Positions 13,091-25,428 of a DNA stretch of 64,000 nt are shown here, one piece after another; the first letter of the stretch is position 1; each line of letters starts with the position of its first letter. A model generated the notes under the pieces. That model saw only the letters and a program-made list of their open reading frames with translations. It was not told the origin of the DNA and did not search any database. Source of the stretch: Iphione sp. A-MEVVRFRX5 (Eukaryota). Where the stretch lies: contig OZ320318.1 in assembly GCA_976226885.1 (NCBI GenBank), positions 96,596,001 through 96,660,000 on the forward strand, read 5' to 3'. The position numbers were made by a program, and so were the translations under genes.

Positions 13091-13193
13091 TTCTGGTTTC
13101 CATGCCTGGGCTGGAGGAGTACTACCAGCTGCCACTGCAGGCTGAGCAGCACTTTCCAGTTGAAACATACGCACTTGAAAGACAAACCAAGAG
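13069..13193 (+). CDS. Candidate exon emerging from the last copy of the 52-bp array
   Basis: Open frame GRLKSRRILVSMPGLEEYYQLPLQAEQHFPVETYALERQTK; acceptor-like ttccccatccatggcagacAG; donor AG|GTCAGG at 13194. Protein-like composition but unrecognised. Confidence 0.3.
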
Positions 13194-13500
13194 GTCAGGT
13201 TTCCTTTCATGTGAATAGGAGTTGTGAATTCCTGAAGCCATACAGACCCTTGAATTCTCCCTCCTCCTGTTGACTGTGTTTACTGCTCTTTCGTCTCGTT
13301 TGGCTGATGCATACTAATCTCTACCTCAGCCAACGAGATGAGATTGCTTCTAGCAAAGCATAATTGTGAACCAATATTAACTCAGTATGTCCATTATTAT
13401 TCAGATTTCCGCTGCTTTCTAAAACTTGTATGTAATCAATGCGTTAAATCATTACTTTGTGCCCTTATCTTAGTCCGGCTGGGTCTCTATATGCCTGTGT

Positions 13501-13541
13501 CTCTCCCTCATCTCCTCTCTTCTGTCTGTCTGTCTGTCTGA

Positions 13542-13579
<38 letters not shown>

Positions 13580-13590
13580 TTCTCTCTACA
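13501..13590. repeat. (TGTC)n/(TC)n microsatellite
   Basis: Direct inspection. Confidence 0.9.
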
Positions 13591-14294
13591 TACCACAGTT
13601 TGCCTCGCTTGCCTTTCTTTGCTTCCAACAGTCCATCGCACTTCTAAGAGACGCAAATTTCTTACGTGTAAACGATTCTGTGCAAAAATTACCATGAAAC
13701 ATTCACAACATCTGTTTGTGTGTGGGCGATGGGGCTTAGGTGGGGCTTGTAAAAAAACGTTTTGAAATACGAGTTCAAGGCAGATTTACAGAATAACCGA
13801 ACCAGCGGGAAAATCGCGACAGAAGGAAAGGTCGGACATCGATAAAACGAGACACAATGTAGGAAATGAAGAAAGTTAGGAAAACGGGAAGGAACGTACT
13901 AATGAAAGTAAAATCAGAGGGGAGGGGACGTGGGAGACGGCAGGAAGGCAGGAAGGGAAGAAGGGCAGAACGGGGCAGAGCCAGAGTGGTAGTAGATTTC
14001 TCGAAGGTAGGGAGGCGTCTCAAATCAATGAACAGTTGAGCAAAGTAAGAAACGAAGCGTAATGAATATGTATCATAATTATATGAAGGTCGGTTTGGAG
14101 AGACAGACAGGCGGAGAAGGAGAATGGAAATGAAGACATACCAGCCCTCACTATCGAGAGAAAACAGATTCTTCTAGGTGTGTGTAGAGAGAGTTTACGG
14201 AGAGGGTAAGAGAGAGACAGAGCGTGAGGCACAGATCGCTGCCTGTAACAGACACTGCGAGCAGCTCATCAGTCATCTCATCAGTCACTGAGGG

Positions 14295-14990
14295 AGCTGC
14301 TCAGGAGAGACCCGCCAACCTGCAGCCTACCCACAGACAACACAGCTCTTCCCCAACACCAGATGGGAGACACCCGCCAACCCGGAGCCTAACCACAGAC
14401 AACACAGCTCTTCCCCAACACCAGATAGGAGAGACCCACCAACCCGGAGCCTAACCACAGACAACACAGGTCTTCCCCAACACCAGATAGGAGAGACCCG
14501 CCAACCCGCAGCCTACCTGCAGACAACACACATCATTCCCAACACCAGATAGGAGAGACCCACCAACCTGCAGCCTACCCGCAGACAACACAGCTCTTCC
14601 CAAACACCAGATAGGAGAGACCCACCAACCCAGAGCCTACCCGCAGACAACACAGGTCGTCCCCAACACCAGATGGGAGACACCCGCCAACCCGCAGCCT
14701 ACCCACAGACAACACAGCTCTTCCCAAACACCAGATAGGAGAGACCCGCCAACCCGGAGCCTAACCACAGACAACACACATCATTCCCAACACCAGATAG
14801 GAGAGACCCGCCAACCCAGAGCATACCTGCAGACAACACACATCTTCCCCAGCACCAGATAGGAGACCCGCCAATGCCGCAGCCTACCAGCAGACAGTAC
14901 AGACCTTCCCAAACACCAGATAGGAGAGACTCGCCAACCTGGAGACTATCCACAGACAACACAGGTCTTCCCCAACACCAGATAGGAGCT
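14295..14990. repeat. Minisatellite, 62-bp unit, ~11 copies
   Basis: ggagagacccgccaacc...cacagacaacacagctcttccccaacaccagat at 14304, 14366, 14428, 14490 and onward. Confidence 0.97.
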
Positions 14991-15376
14991 GGGAAAGGGG
15001 AGGCTGTGAAAAATATGACTTGAGGCAGATCTCCTCCAATCATATGAGCAGTTCGAAAAAAACTCTGCATGAATGGACGACATAATTTCCTCAAATGGCA
15101 TACAGAACAAAGAGCAAACCAAGGGCCCACCAACAACCGCTCTTCTTAACACGTCCTTGGGCCTTCAGTTTGTCTTGGAATCTTTATTCACCTCAATATC
15201 TGTGAATGGCTATGCATGTCAGAAGGCGACGAAATCAGAATATTATATTCACAACAATTCAAAATGCGTCGACGTACAACCTTATGGCCTTTTAGCTGCC
15301 AACGTTCAGTTTCATCTTCTAGTTGATGGAGGGCACAATTTTACCCTACGTATCATGTGACCACACATACACCAAG

Positions 15377-15378
<2 letters not shown>

Positions 15379-15450
<72 letters not shown>
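15379..15450. repeat. Compound (TA)n(GA)n microsatellite
   Basis: Direct inspection. Confidence 0.97.
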
Positions 15451-15455
<5 letters not shown>

Positions 15456-16538
15456 CGCGGGCAGATTGAGTGATAATATGAGGATACAAGTAGCCTCAAT
15501 ATGAATACGGACGCTCACAACCGGCCATTGCTGTCCTCTCCCATGATAATACCCTGAAAAAAGGTCTCTCCTGGTGCCGCGCCTTGTAATCCATCATAGC
15601 CGGCGGCATTTTTCAGCGTCCGAGCGCGTTTCGTGCCACTGTCTCATTAATACCGCCACGGCTCCCTAGGGGGCGCCCCTTAAAGCCGTGACGTCTCCGT
15701 GTACCCGGTCCTACATTCCGGGCTGGTCTATTCATACCGCACGCGGCGAGGTTTCCCGCCTCCGCTGACCGCCTCTCTACAGGGTTGGCCTGGAGGCGAG
15801 GCACAGCTGACCGGCCAGATGCACGTTAAATAGGCTTCGGAAGGCCTGGCTAACCGTCGGTAAACTTCGCTAACCTTCGGCACAGCTCGGTAACGCTCGG
15901 ATGGCGCACAGCCACCGGAAACGGAAGCAGTTTGACTCGCATGACCGCTCTGGCAATCGACACAATGGCATGGTAAAGGGGGGTGGGGGATTTTTCGGAG
16001 TTAGGAGGACCTTAACTCCCTCTAGTTTGGGGAACTGGCGGACTGATACTCAATTTAGCAAATATCCATATCTATGGCACGGGAGGTATGGGCTGCAAGC
16101 ACGTCTGTGGCGAAGATGCCAATGCTGGCACTGTCTTCAAAGCAGATACGTCTTAAGCAGTTAACCGTCGCATGCGAAGAGATTTTTTTTAATACTTTAG
16201 ATCCTGATTTTTAGATTCTGATAGTGAATTGAGGACAATTTCCTTTCCGTAAACGATCCTTGCATGTATGGAATGCAAAGTAGGTTATTAATCTCATTAT
16301 TTCATACACGGATTCACAGAATGATTTCTGTAATACTAAGCATCACTGTTAACCCATTGGATCCGTAGTCTCAGTCTGTGAATATATTACCCTAAACTGC
16401 TGTAGAAGCAGGTTAGGCATTCCTGATTGAGAAAGAAAATTAATTACAATGTTATTGCTGAAATTCTACAAATCCTTTGTTTTGTGGGTTTTTGTGTACA
16501 TTTGCATCAGCCCTCTGCTGAGTGTCCTGCTTAAACAT

Positions 16539-17336
16539 ACTGACTCAACATTCCCTACACTGTAAAACATAGTTACTTACACTGCTCTCACACACTGACT
16601 CCACATTCCCTACACTGTAAAACATAGTTACTTACACTGCTGTCACACACTGACTCAACATTCCCTACACTGTAAAACATAGTTACTTACACTGCTCTCA
16701 CACACTGACTCAACATTCCCTACACTGTAAAACATAGTTACTTACACTGCTGTCACACACTGACTCAACATTCCCTACACTGTAAAACATAGTTACTTAC
16801 ACTGCTCTCACACACTGACTCAACATTCCCTACACTGTAAAACATAGTTACTTACACTGCTGTCACACACTGACTCAACATTCCCTACACTGTAAAACAT
16901 AGTTACTTACACTGCTGTCACACACTGACTCAACATTCCCTACACTGTAAAACATAGTTACTTACACTGTTATCACATACCGACTCAACATTCCCTACAC
17001 TGTAAAACATAGTTACTTACACTGCTCTCACACACCTACTCAACATTCCCTACACTGTAAAACATGGTTACTTACACTGCTCTCACACACCGACTGAACA
17101 TTCCCTACACTGTAAAACATAGTTACTTACACTGCTCTCATGCACGGATTCAACATTCCCTACACTGTAAAACATAGTTACTTACACTGCTCTCACGCAC
17201 TAACTCAATATTCCCTACACTGTAAAACATAGTTACTTACACTGCTCTCACACACTGACTCAACATTCCCTACACTGTAAAACATAGTTACTTACACTGC
17301 TGTCACACACTGACTCAACATTCCCTACACTATGAA
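16539..17336. repeat. Minisatellite, 55-bp unit, ~14.5 copies
   Basis: tgactcaacattccctacactgtaaaacatagttacttacactgctctcacacac (e.g. 16541, 16596). Confidence 0.97.
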
Positions 17337-17491
17337 AGTGGCTGGAATAGGGAGGTGGTTTGTTAACTGAGGTAGCCCCAGGGTGAGGAGGGTTCACTGT
17401 ACAGAACTACGTCTACAATCTACTCTTCTCATACGAAGGTATCCTTGGCTTCCACTTTTTTTACGACGTCTGCGTCTGATTCCTCGCAATT

Positions 17492-17501
17492 TCTCGCGAG
17501 A
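17492..17501. promoter_or_regulatory. TCTCGCGAGA palindrome (housekeeping-promoter motif; BANP/ZBTB33-type in vertebrates)
   Basis: Exact match inside the near-palindrome gcaatttctcgcgagattgc, in CpG-rich context. Confidence 0.5.
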
Positions 17502-17576
17502 TTGCGTCATAGCCGCGCTTTAGTAACTGCCAGCTGGTGCCCCGACGAGAGGAACAAGTTGAAGAAGGCAGGCAGC

Positions 17577-18408
17577 TGTAACACAACTCAAGACGACACA
17601 GGTTTCCAAGTTAGTTGATCTTTATTCCAACAGGTAGACGCTACAAGGTGGCGGATCGGAGCTCTCCGAAAAGCGATGAGGGGTTCTGGTCATTATATAC
17701 CGATAGTCCGCACCCCCATGTCAAAGGTTAACACCCTTCCGGTCATAGTTCGTAACCTAGGTACAAAGTGCGTGACATATCGTAACCTTAGGTCATAGGT
17801 CTTCGGACCTTTGACCTATTCACGTGATCTTAGGTCAGGACAGGTCAAGAATCACATTAACCCTCTGTCCCACCCTAACGCCCTTCCATGATGGATGTGA
17901 AAGCTGTCATCACCCACCCTGGAAGTGCCTCGAAATCTCCCCTCCGACCCTATGTTTGTTTAGGCTGACCTGTCACCTGAACATAGTTTATGAGTGTCTA
18001 CTGGTGTGTGGGATCTCGATTCCCAGACTGTCGATGGCGCCACGTCAGAAACATGATACACCTGTTGTCTGCGAATCGAGGATCCGCGTTAAAAGACTTA
18101 TATCTATACACTGTACAATAGAACTCTCTCTCTCTTACCACTGCATTTCACGGTCATATTCATTATAGTATGTACGCACAATCATACACATAACGAGCAC
18201 AAAATCGTATGTACGAAATTGCATTCATTATGTACGCAAAACACAATGTACACCAAATGACCATAACACAATGTCTGCATGTCTGCCAAACTCATGGTTC
18301 ATATGTATGTGAAACTCGATGTCCGCCATATGATGTCCGCAAAACCGAATGTCCGCAATATTATGTATGTGAAACGCAATGTCCGCAATATAACACTACT
18401 GTGTTACA
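17577..18408 (-). mobile_element. Solo LTR (832 bp), Ty3/Gypsy-like by its 4-bp TSD
   Basis: Perfect 8-bp inverted termini TGTAACAC...GTGTTACA; CAGC duplicated at 17573-17576 and 18409-18412. On the minus strand a TATA-like GTATATAA (~17692-17699) lies upstream of AATAAA (17626-17621). Short internal tandem repeats in the U3-side half. Confidence 0.85.
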
Positions 18409-18889
18409 CAGCAGCAGGAGGGAGGGTTCGAGGAGCCACCGTCAGGGGGAGCCAGCAGACCGGTCCTTCCGGCCGCCATCATGGCGGTACAGGCGGGGAA
18501 TTCCCACACAGCGTCCCCAGGGTGGACCTGACTTGAGGTGGTGGGAGGGGGGGACTGCATTAGACAGAGAATCTAATCGCTTCCCAGCGTGTCCTCCCTC
18601 AAGACCCCGAACTGCTCTGTTCTTTCTTTTATGATTTTTGAGTGGAACTCACGAAATCAACAAAACATATGCATGCATGTAATGATAAATTCATGATACA
18701 AATAGGTGCATTCGATTGCTAACATTCGACCTTCAGGACTTCTTATGGCCGCTCGCACTATTAGTGGAGGAATTGATTTCAAATTGAATTTTCTCCGATT
18801 TCATCTTTTCCGTGAAACATATGGACAACCTGCGAATCGGAACACCGACATTAGAATCAGCGTTCCATATTCCATCACACCCGACGAGA

Positions 18890-19095
18890 TTCGGCCGCCA
18901 TCGCCGCCAGGGTGAGCTACCCGCCAAGCACCGCTTTCTATTCAATTGTCGTCTGCCAGGTCTCTTCATTTTCTTATTACGTCACTGCCGCCAGTCATAC
19001 ACAATTCCTGTCGCTCGTGCAGATGACGTCACAATGGCGCCCGAAGCTAACTTGATATGGCGGCGAGGACTCGCCATCGATCGCGAGATCTCGTC
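18890..19095. promoter_or_regulatory. Promoter-like motif cluster (YY1-like, CRE, TCGCGAGA)
   Basis: cggccgccatcg at ~18893-18904 followed by GG|GTGAGC; TGACGTCA at 19024-19031; gatATGGCGGC at 19054-19064; TCGCGAGA at 19081-19088. Confidence 0.4.
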
Positions 19096-19389
19096 TGATG
19101 CGAGACTGTAGGACGAGCCATCAGATAATATCTGGTCCCATCGGATTATCCTGACAGCTTCCTGTTGTACCCAGTGCAAATAGACATATTTCGTTTGACT
19201 AGATTTACTCTTATATTGTATTTTCATGGAAAGTTTGGTTAACTTCCATCCTTTCTATGAAAAACGTGTTTCCGTGAAGTCTAACTTTCCTTACATGACT
19301 GGCTGCAGAGCTTAAAAGCGTTACAAGCTTACTATTTTAGTTGGTCGGGTATTGAATGCGCGACGCTCGAAGCAGCAGCAGCAGTCAGA

Positions 19390-20835
19390 CTTGCATAGGA
19401 TGGATGGATGGAGGGAGGGAGGGAAGGAGGGGGAGGCCAGGGTGGGAGAGGAGGGAGGGAGGAACAGGCGGACGGATGGACAGATGGACAGAGAGAAAGA
19501 GGGAGGGAGAGGAGGGAGGGAGGGATGGACAGGTGGGCAGGCAGACGGATGGAGGCAAGGGAGGGAGGGAGGGACAGAGGGACAGACAGAGGGGAAGGAG
19601 AGAGGAGCAAGGGAGGGATTGAGTGAGGATGGTTAGGCAGGGAGGGAAAGAGGGGAGGGAGGGAAGGAGGCCAGGGAGGGAGGGAGGGACACACAGAGGG
19701 ATAGACTGAGGCCAGGGAGGGAGAGAAGGAGGGAGGCAGGCAGGGAGGGAGAGAGGGAGGGAGGCCAGGGAGGGAGGGATAGAGGGAGGGATAGATGGGC
19801 AGAGGGAGGGAGCAAGGGAGGTAACAAGGGATGGAGGGAGAAACAGAGGGAGGGAGGGAGGGAGGGAGGCCAGGGAGGGAGGGAGGGAGGGAGGGATGGA
19901 GGGACACACAGAGGGACAGACTGAGGCCAGGGAGGGAGGGATAGAGGGAGGGATAGATGGGCAGAGGGAGGGAGTGAGGGAGGTAGCAAGGGACGGAGGG
20001 AGGGACAGACTGAAGGAGGGAAGGAGGGAGGGACGGAGGGACAGAGAGAGGGATGGAGAGAGGAACAGAGGGGGAGAAAGGGAGGGAGGGAAGGAGGGAG
20101 GGACAGGGGGACGGGGAGAGGGATGGAGAGACGGACAGAGGAGGGGTGGAGNNNNNNNNNNNNNNNNNNNNNNNNNNNNNNNNNNNNNNNNNNNNNNNNN
20201 NNNNNNNNNNNNNNNNNNNNNNNNNNNNNNNNNNNNNNNNNNNNNNNNNNNNNNNNNNNNNNNNNNNNNNNNNNNNNNNNNNNNNNNACGGACAGAGGAG
20301 GGGTGGAGAGAGAGTGATGGACGGAGGGAGGCAGGGAGGGAGGGAGGGAGGGAGGGAGGGAGGGACGGAGGGAGGGAGGGACGGACGGGGGGACAGGGGG
20401 ACGGGGAGAGGGATGGAGAGACGGACAGAGGGGGTNNNNNNNNNNNNNNNNNNNNNNNNNNNNNNNNNNNNNNNNNNNNNNNNNNNNNNNNNNNNNNNNN
20501 NNNNNNNNNNNNNNNNNNNNNNNNNNNNNNNNNNNNNNNNNNNNNNNNNNNNNNNNNNNNNNNNNNNNNNNNNNNNNNNNNNNNNNNNNNNNNNNNNNNN
20601 NNNNNNNNNNNNNNNNNNNNNNNNNNGAGAGGGATGGAGAGACGGACAGAGGGGGAGAAAGGGAGGGAGGGAAGGAGGGAGGGACAGGGAGACGGAGAGA
20701 GGGATGGAGAGACGGACAGAGGGTGGTGGAGAGAGAGTGATGGACGGAGGGAGGGAGGGAGGGAGGGAGGAAGGGAGGGAGGGAGGGAGGGAGGGAGGGG
20801 GGAGGGAGGGAGGGAGGGAGGGAGGGAGGGAGGGA
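19390..20835. repeat. Compound (GGGA)n / GGA-rich purine tract with gaps 20152-20287 and 20436-20626
   Basis: Direct inspection; the ORFs here are low-complexity artefacts. Confidence 0.95.
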
Positions 20836-21179
20836 GGCGCTTGACGACGCTTGTTTGGTCCTCTAGTTTAGAGACGCGCCTGATGGAGAGAACGTGTTCG
20901 TCTCGCACCCCACTGAACCTGACAGGCGTCACTTGTGCGTCCTGAAGCCTGTCCCAGCCACATCCCACCCACCCCAGCCAACCCAGCCCACCCACCCCAG
21001 GAAAGCCAGGCTGTCCAGGGAGAGTCTGAACGGTCCGTCCGTCTCCTCAGCCTACTTGCCCGCTTAATAAACCAGTTTCACCACCCACCCCGCTTTCCTA
21101 GCCACACTACCCGGGCATTGTTATAACACAGCAAAAGTCTATGAGGCCCTCTGTCTCTCCGTCTCCATCTCTCTGTGGA

Positions 21180-21470
21180 CATACATGTTTGTGTGTGCAC
21201 GTGTGCGTCTGTCTGTCTGTCTGCCTCAGTCTCTCTNNNNNNNNNNNNNNNNNNNNNNNNNNNNNNNNNNNNNNNNNNNNNNNNNNNNNNNNNNNNNNNN
21301 NNNNNNNNNNNNNNNNNNNNNNNNNNNNNNNNNNNNNNNNNNNNNNNNNNNNNNNNNNNNNNNNNNNNNNNNNNNNNNNNNNNNNNNNNNNNNNNNNNNN
21401 NNNNNNNNNNNNNNNNNTCTCCCACTCCCTCTCTCTCCCTCCCTCTGACTCTGTCTCTCTGTTTCTCTCC
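21180..21470. repeat. TG/TC microsatellites around assembly gap 21237-21417
   Basis: Direct inspection. Confidence 0.85.
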
Positions 21471-23544
21471 CTGAATCTATGTGACATGTATGCTGCTGAT
21501 CTCATCTTCCTTTCCCAAGGGATCCTTCCTGAGCTGGTTAATGATTTGAGTTGTCTGATTTACCCCCCCCCCTCTTCTATTTTAGAATGGTCATTACATG
21601 TTGAGAAGTAGCAGCACCAGTGGGATACATCCAGCTGAGGTCCGACCTTAACCGATGAGACTCCGGCAATCAAAGCTGAAACATTGCCGCCTGAACAGTA
21701 CACCTATAGAGTGAGGCAGCAGATAGCACGCTAATCGGTGGACAATGGCTGCATGGATTCCTCCGGCAGAGGGCGCAATGCACTGCGAGTAATCAGCACT
21801 CCATGGAGCTGGACGGAGGACGCAGGCCAGCTGTGGTCGGAAACCATCCCCCACGTCACCAAATAGACGTTTAAATGTGAAGCACGGATGAGAATGATTA
21901 CTTCTTCCTCCATTCCTCTCCGCCGTGCGGCGTCCTGTGTAATTCTATAACCGTCCCGTTAATATATGCTTCATCCTAGAATACTGCGTCTCGTAGAGAT
22001 CACTAACGAACTCAATCCATACAACCAACAGAGGCTTCCTATAAGCCCCTCTCACTTTACCCGTACGGGAGTCCTCCAGCCTTTCTTACTGAAGAAGATG
22101 GATGACACCGACAGGTTCCGAGCCCTGTAATTACTGTTTATTGGTCTTTATGAATAACGAGGAGATACATGGCAAAAGCAACGTATTTTTATGTTCTACT
22201 CTAATTAAGATGGGGTTTCATGCAAATAGACTTATACATTCTAAGTGACAGAATTCATCCTTAATCCATGCGTTAAGCCATGAGTTCTCTTTGAGCCGCT
22301 GCCTGTCCCTTTACCTATCTCTGTTCTAACATGGCGGTGGTTGTACAGTGGATACTGGACATAATGTGCCATCTATGAAGGCCTTGTTCAACAGGAACGT
22401 CCACTTTCCTATTTGTGATGATCTCGCCGATGCAAACGAGGGCGACGCGCATGTCCTGCGGCGCACTTCCGGTTCCCTACGAGAGGGCCTCAAGCACCCT
22501 GAACGCAGCCTGCCTGGCGAGCTGGGCGGAAGTCAGAGCCGCCGCTGCCGCCGCCGTCGTCGTCCCAGCTCCTTGGAGCAATTTCTTCTACGTTCGCTCG
22601 GTGCAAGCAATGGCACGCAATGCAATTAGTCCTGCCTGTCTGTTAGCCGCCTGTCCCGAGCAAACACTGGCCTCGCTACAAGGACTTCCCGGCCCACTCC
22701 CCGCCCCCCCATCCAGAGCGAAGACCACTGTTGTCCCAGCCAAGTCCCTGGAGGTCCGCCCCATAGCGGGGGGTACAATCTGTAGGTCAATAAGTCGGGG
22801 GGGGGAGGGGTTCCTTCCTGACCTGATACTACAGCGTCACTGGAAACGTGTATTTCAGTTGATTCAGAGCCGGTTCTTGTGAGATAAAGCCCCACTAGGC
22901 CCTCCTCCTGCGCTAACTCACGCACGAACTGACTCGCTGCCCGCCCATCGGCCGCTCGCTCTCTCCACTTCAAGCTCACTCCAATGCGATTCAAGAACTG
23001 CAGTTCTGTTTGTTTGGGTAGCATGCGCTGGAGACAAGCATTAGAAAACCTGAAACTTCAAGGAATTACTACCCATTGTATTTCCTCTTCTTTATGGCAT
23101 ATATAAATAGATTGTAACATAAATGGTGGAGCATGGCTGAACCTACGTCTGTGGAAGACAACCAATACGTGTATTTCATCGGACAAACAGGCGGTGTATG
23201 CCAGCGCTATGGCATTGGAGGGGAAAACCCCGGGCGTGGAGCGGGATTAAGGGAGACCGACAAACAAGCGAGGAGCGAGTCAGAGGCAGAGTGGAAATTC
23301 AATATATACATGTACTGTACTGCCTTTCACAGTGAGAATGTGAGCCGTACATCCTCCAATACTGCGCTGGCTGAGAATAACTATGGCGTCCATATACAGT
23401 CGTGTTAACAGCGAGCACAGAGGGATGCTCCTCTCGCAGGCACGAGGAAATAAATGTGGATGCGAATGATGGCCCGTCAGGAAAGTGTTTGAGCAGGAAT
23501 AATGGCCTGAGGACTGTGTACACACAGATGGTTGCCTGGCAGTT

Positions 23545-24660
23545 GCACGCATGCCTGTACAATACTGCATCATTAAGCTACTGTCGCATACGTGCTCATA
23601 CAATACTGCCTTAAGTAAGGTACTGTCACACCTAGACTCTTACAATAATAACTCAGTAAGCTACTGTCACATGTGGGCCCATACAATACTAACTCAGTAA
23701 GCTACTGTTGCATGTGGGCCTGTACAATACTGCCTCAGCGAGCTACTGTCACACTCATGCCTGTAATAAGCTACTGTCACATGTGTACTTATACAATACT
23801 GCCTCAATAAGCTACTGTTGCATGTGTGCTCATACAACACTGTCTCAGGAAGCTACTGTCAAATGTGGACCTGTACAATACTGCCTCAGTAAGCTACTGT
23901 CACATGTGGGCCTGTACAATACTGCCTCAGGAAGCTACTGTCAAATGCGGACCTGTACAATACTGCCTCAGTAAGCTACTGTCGCATGTATGCTCATACA
24001 ACACTGCCTCAGGAAGCTACTGTCACATGTGGGCCTGTACAATACTGTCTCAGCGAGCTACTGTCACACTCATGCCTGTACAATACTGTCTCATTAAGCT
24101 TCTGTCACTTGCAGGCCTGTACAATACTGCCTCAGCGAGCTACTGTCACACTCATGCCTGTAATGAGCTACTGTCACATGTGTGCTCATACAATACTGCC
24201 TCAGGAAGCTACTGACAAATGCGGACCTGTACAATACTGCCTCAGTAAGCTACGGTCACATGTGGGCCTGTACAATACTGCCTCAGTAAGCTACGGTCAC
24301 ATGTGGGCCTGTACAATACTGCCTCAGTAAGCTACTGTCACATGCAGGCCTGCACAATACTGACTCAGTAAGTAACTCAGTAAGCTACTGTCACATGCAG
24401 GCCTGTACAATACTAACTCAATAAGCTACTGTCACATGTGCGGCCCATACAATACTGCCTCAGTAAGCTACGGTCGCATGAAGGCCTGTGCAATACTGAC
24501 TCAGTAAGTAACTCAGTAAGCTACTGTCACATGCAGGCCTGTACAATACTAACTCAATAAGCTACTGTCACATGTGCGGCCCATACAATACTGCCTCAGT
24601 AAGCTACGGTCACATGTGGGCCTGTACAATACTGCCCGAGAGAGCTAATGTCACCTGCGG
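23545..24660. repeat. Minisatellite, ~41-bp unit, ~27 copies
   Basis: tacaatactgcctcagtaagctactgtcacatgtgggcctg (23558, 23599, 23641, 23682 and onward). Confidence 0.97.
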
Positions 24661-25080
24661 GCCTGTACTGTGTTCATCTGTCTCTACCTGTGTCTGTCTC
24701 TGTCTTTCTGTCTTCTCCCTCTTTCTTTCCCAGGATTCCTCAATTCTTCTCTTCTACCCTTGAATGTAGGAGATATTTACCCCAGCCTTCTCCCCCCCCC
24801 CCCCAGTTCTGCCTCTCTACCTTCCGTCTCTGCCTCATGCATTGTCCTGCACAGTACACGCCCTGTCCATGTCACACACATACACAGACGTGCTATATAA
24901 TCCGTATGTTTGTGCGAGTGTGTGTGCGTGTGTGTGTGGGTGGGTGCCAGTGCGGCAGTCCATGTCGTCTAGTGGGGCCAGCGGTGGTTTGCATACGGGC
25001 GGCGCATGCGCGGGCAGACTAGCACTATTGACAACCTGGCTATTAATGAGGTGGGAGACGACTGCGGTGGGAAACCAATA

Positions 25081-25125
25081 TCCTCCTCCTCCTCCTCCTC
25101 CTCCTCCTCCTCCTCCTCCTCCTCC
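25081..25125. repeat. (CCT)n microsatellite
   Basis: Direct inspection. Confidence 0.95.
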
Positions 25126-25265
25126 TGCTCCTGCCGCCACCGGCTGGTAGTACCACCACGCCGTGGGTGTATGCATGCATATGCATGTAATTATCTCTCT
25201 GAGGCCCATCTGACCCGGAGGACAGATCAACTTGCCCGCCATTATCGCAGCATCTGTAGAGGATG

Positions 25266-25428
25266 CAGGCCCGTAGCCAGGAAGTTGTCTGGGGGGGATT
25301 GGACGATACCCTCGATACCACAGGGGTGGAACTATTTTTTATCATCTATCCCTATATAGGGCAGTAGATATTTATTGTTGTGGGGGGTATCGGACGATAC
25401 CCCTGATACCCCCTTGGCTACGGGCATG
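25266..25428. mobile_element. Small MITE with hAT-like CAG.. termini (163 bp)
   Basis: TIRs CAGGCCCGTAGCC ... GGCTACGGGCATG with subterminal G/C runs; no 8-bp TSD preserved. Confidence 0.5.

Noticed and set aside
16539-17336. CRISPR-like appearance of regular arrays (also 39-41 kb and 51-53 kb)
   Set aside because: Units are wholly repeated with no unique spacers, there are no cas genes, and the context is eukaryotic.
19332-20995. Long PPSL / GREG ORFs crossing N gaps
   Set aside because: (GGGA)n low-complexity sequence plus gaps translated as X.
22260-23030. DIRS/tyrosine-recombinase element suggested by overlapping GC-rich ORFs
   Set aside because: No RT (YxDD), RNase H or YR (HSxRxG) motifs found; ETS/YY1 motifs suggest a promoter-like island instead.
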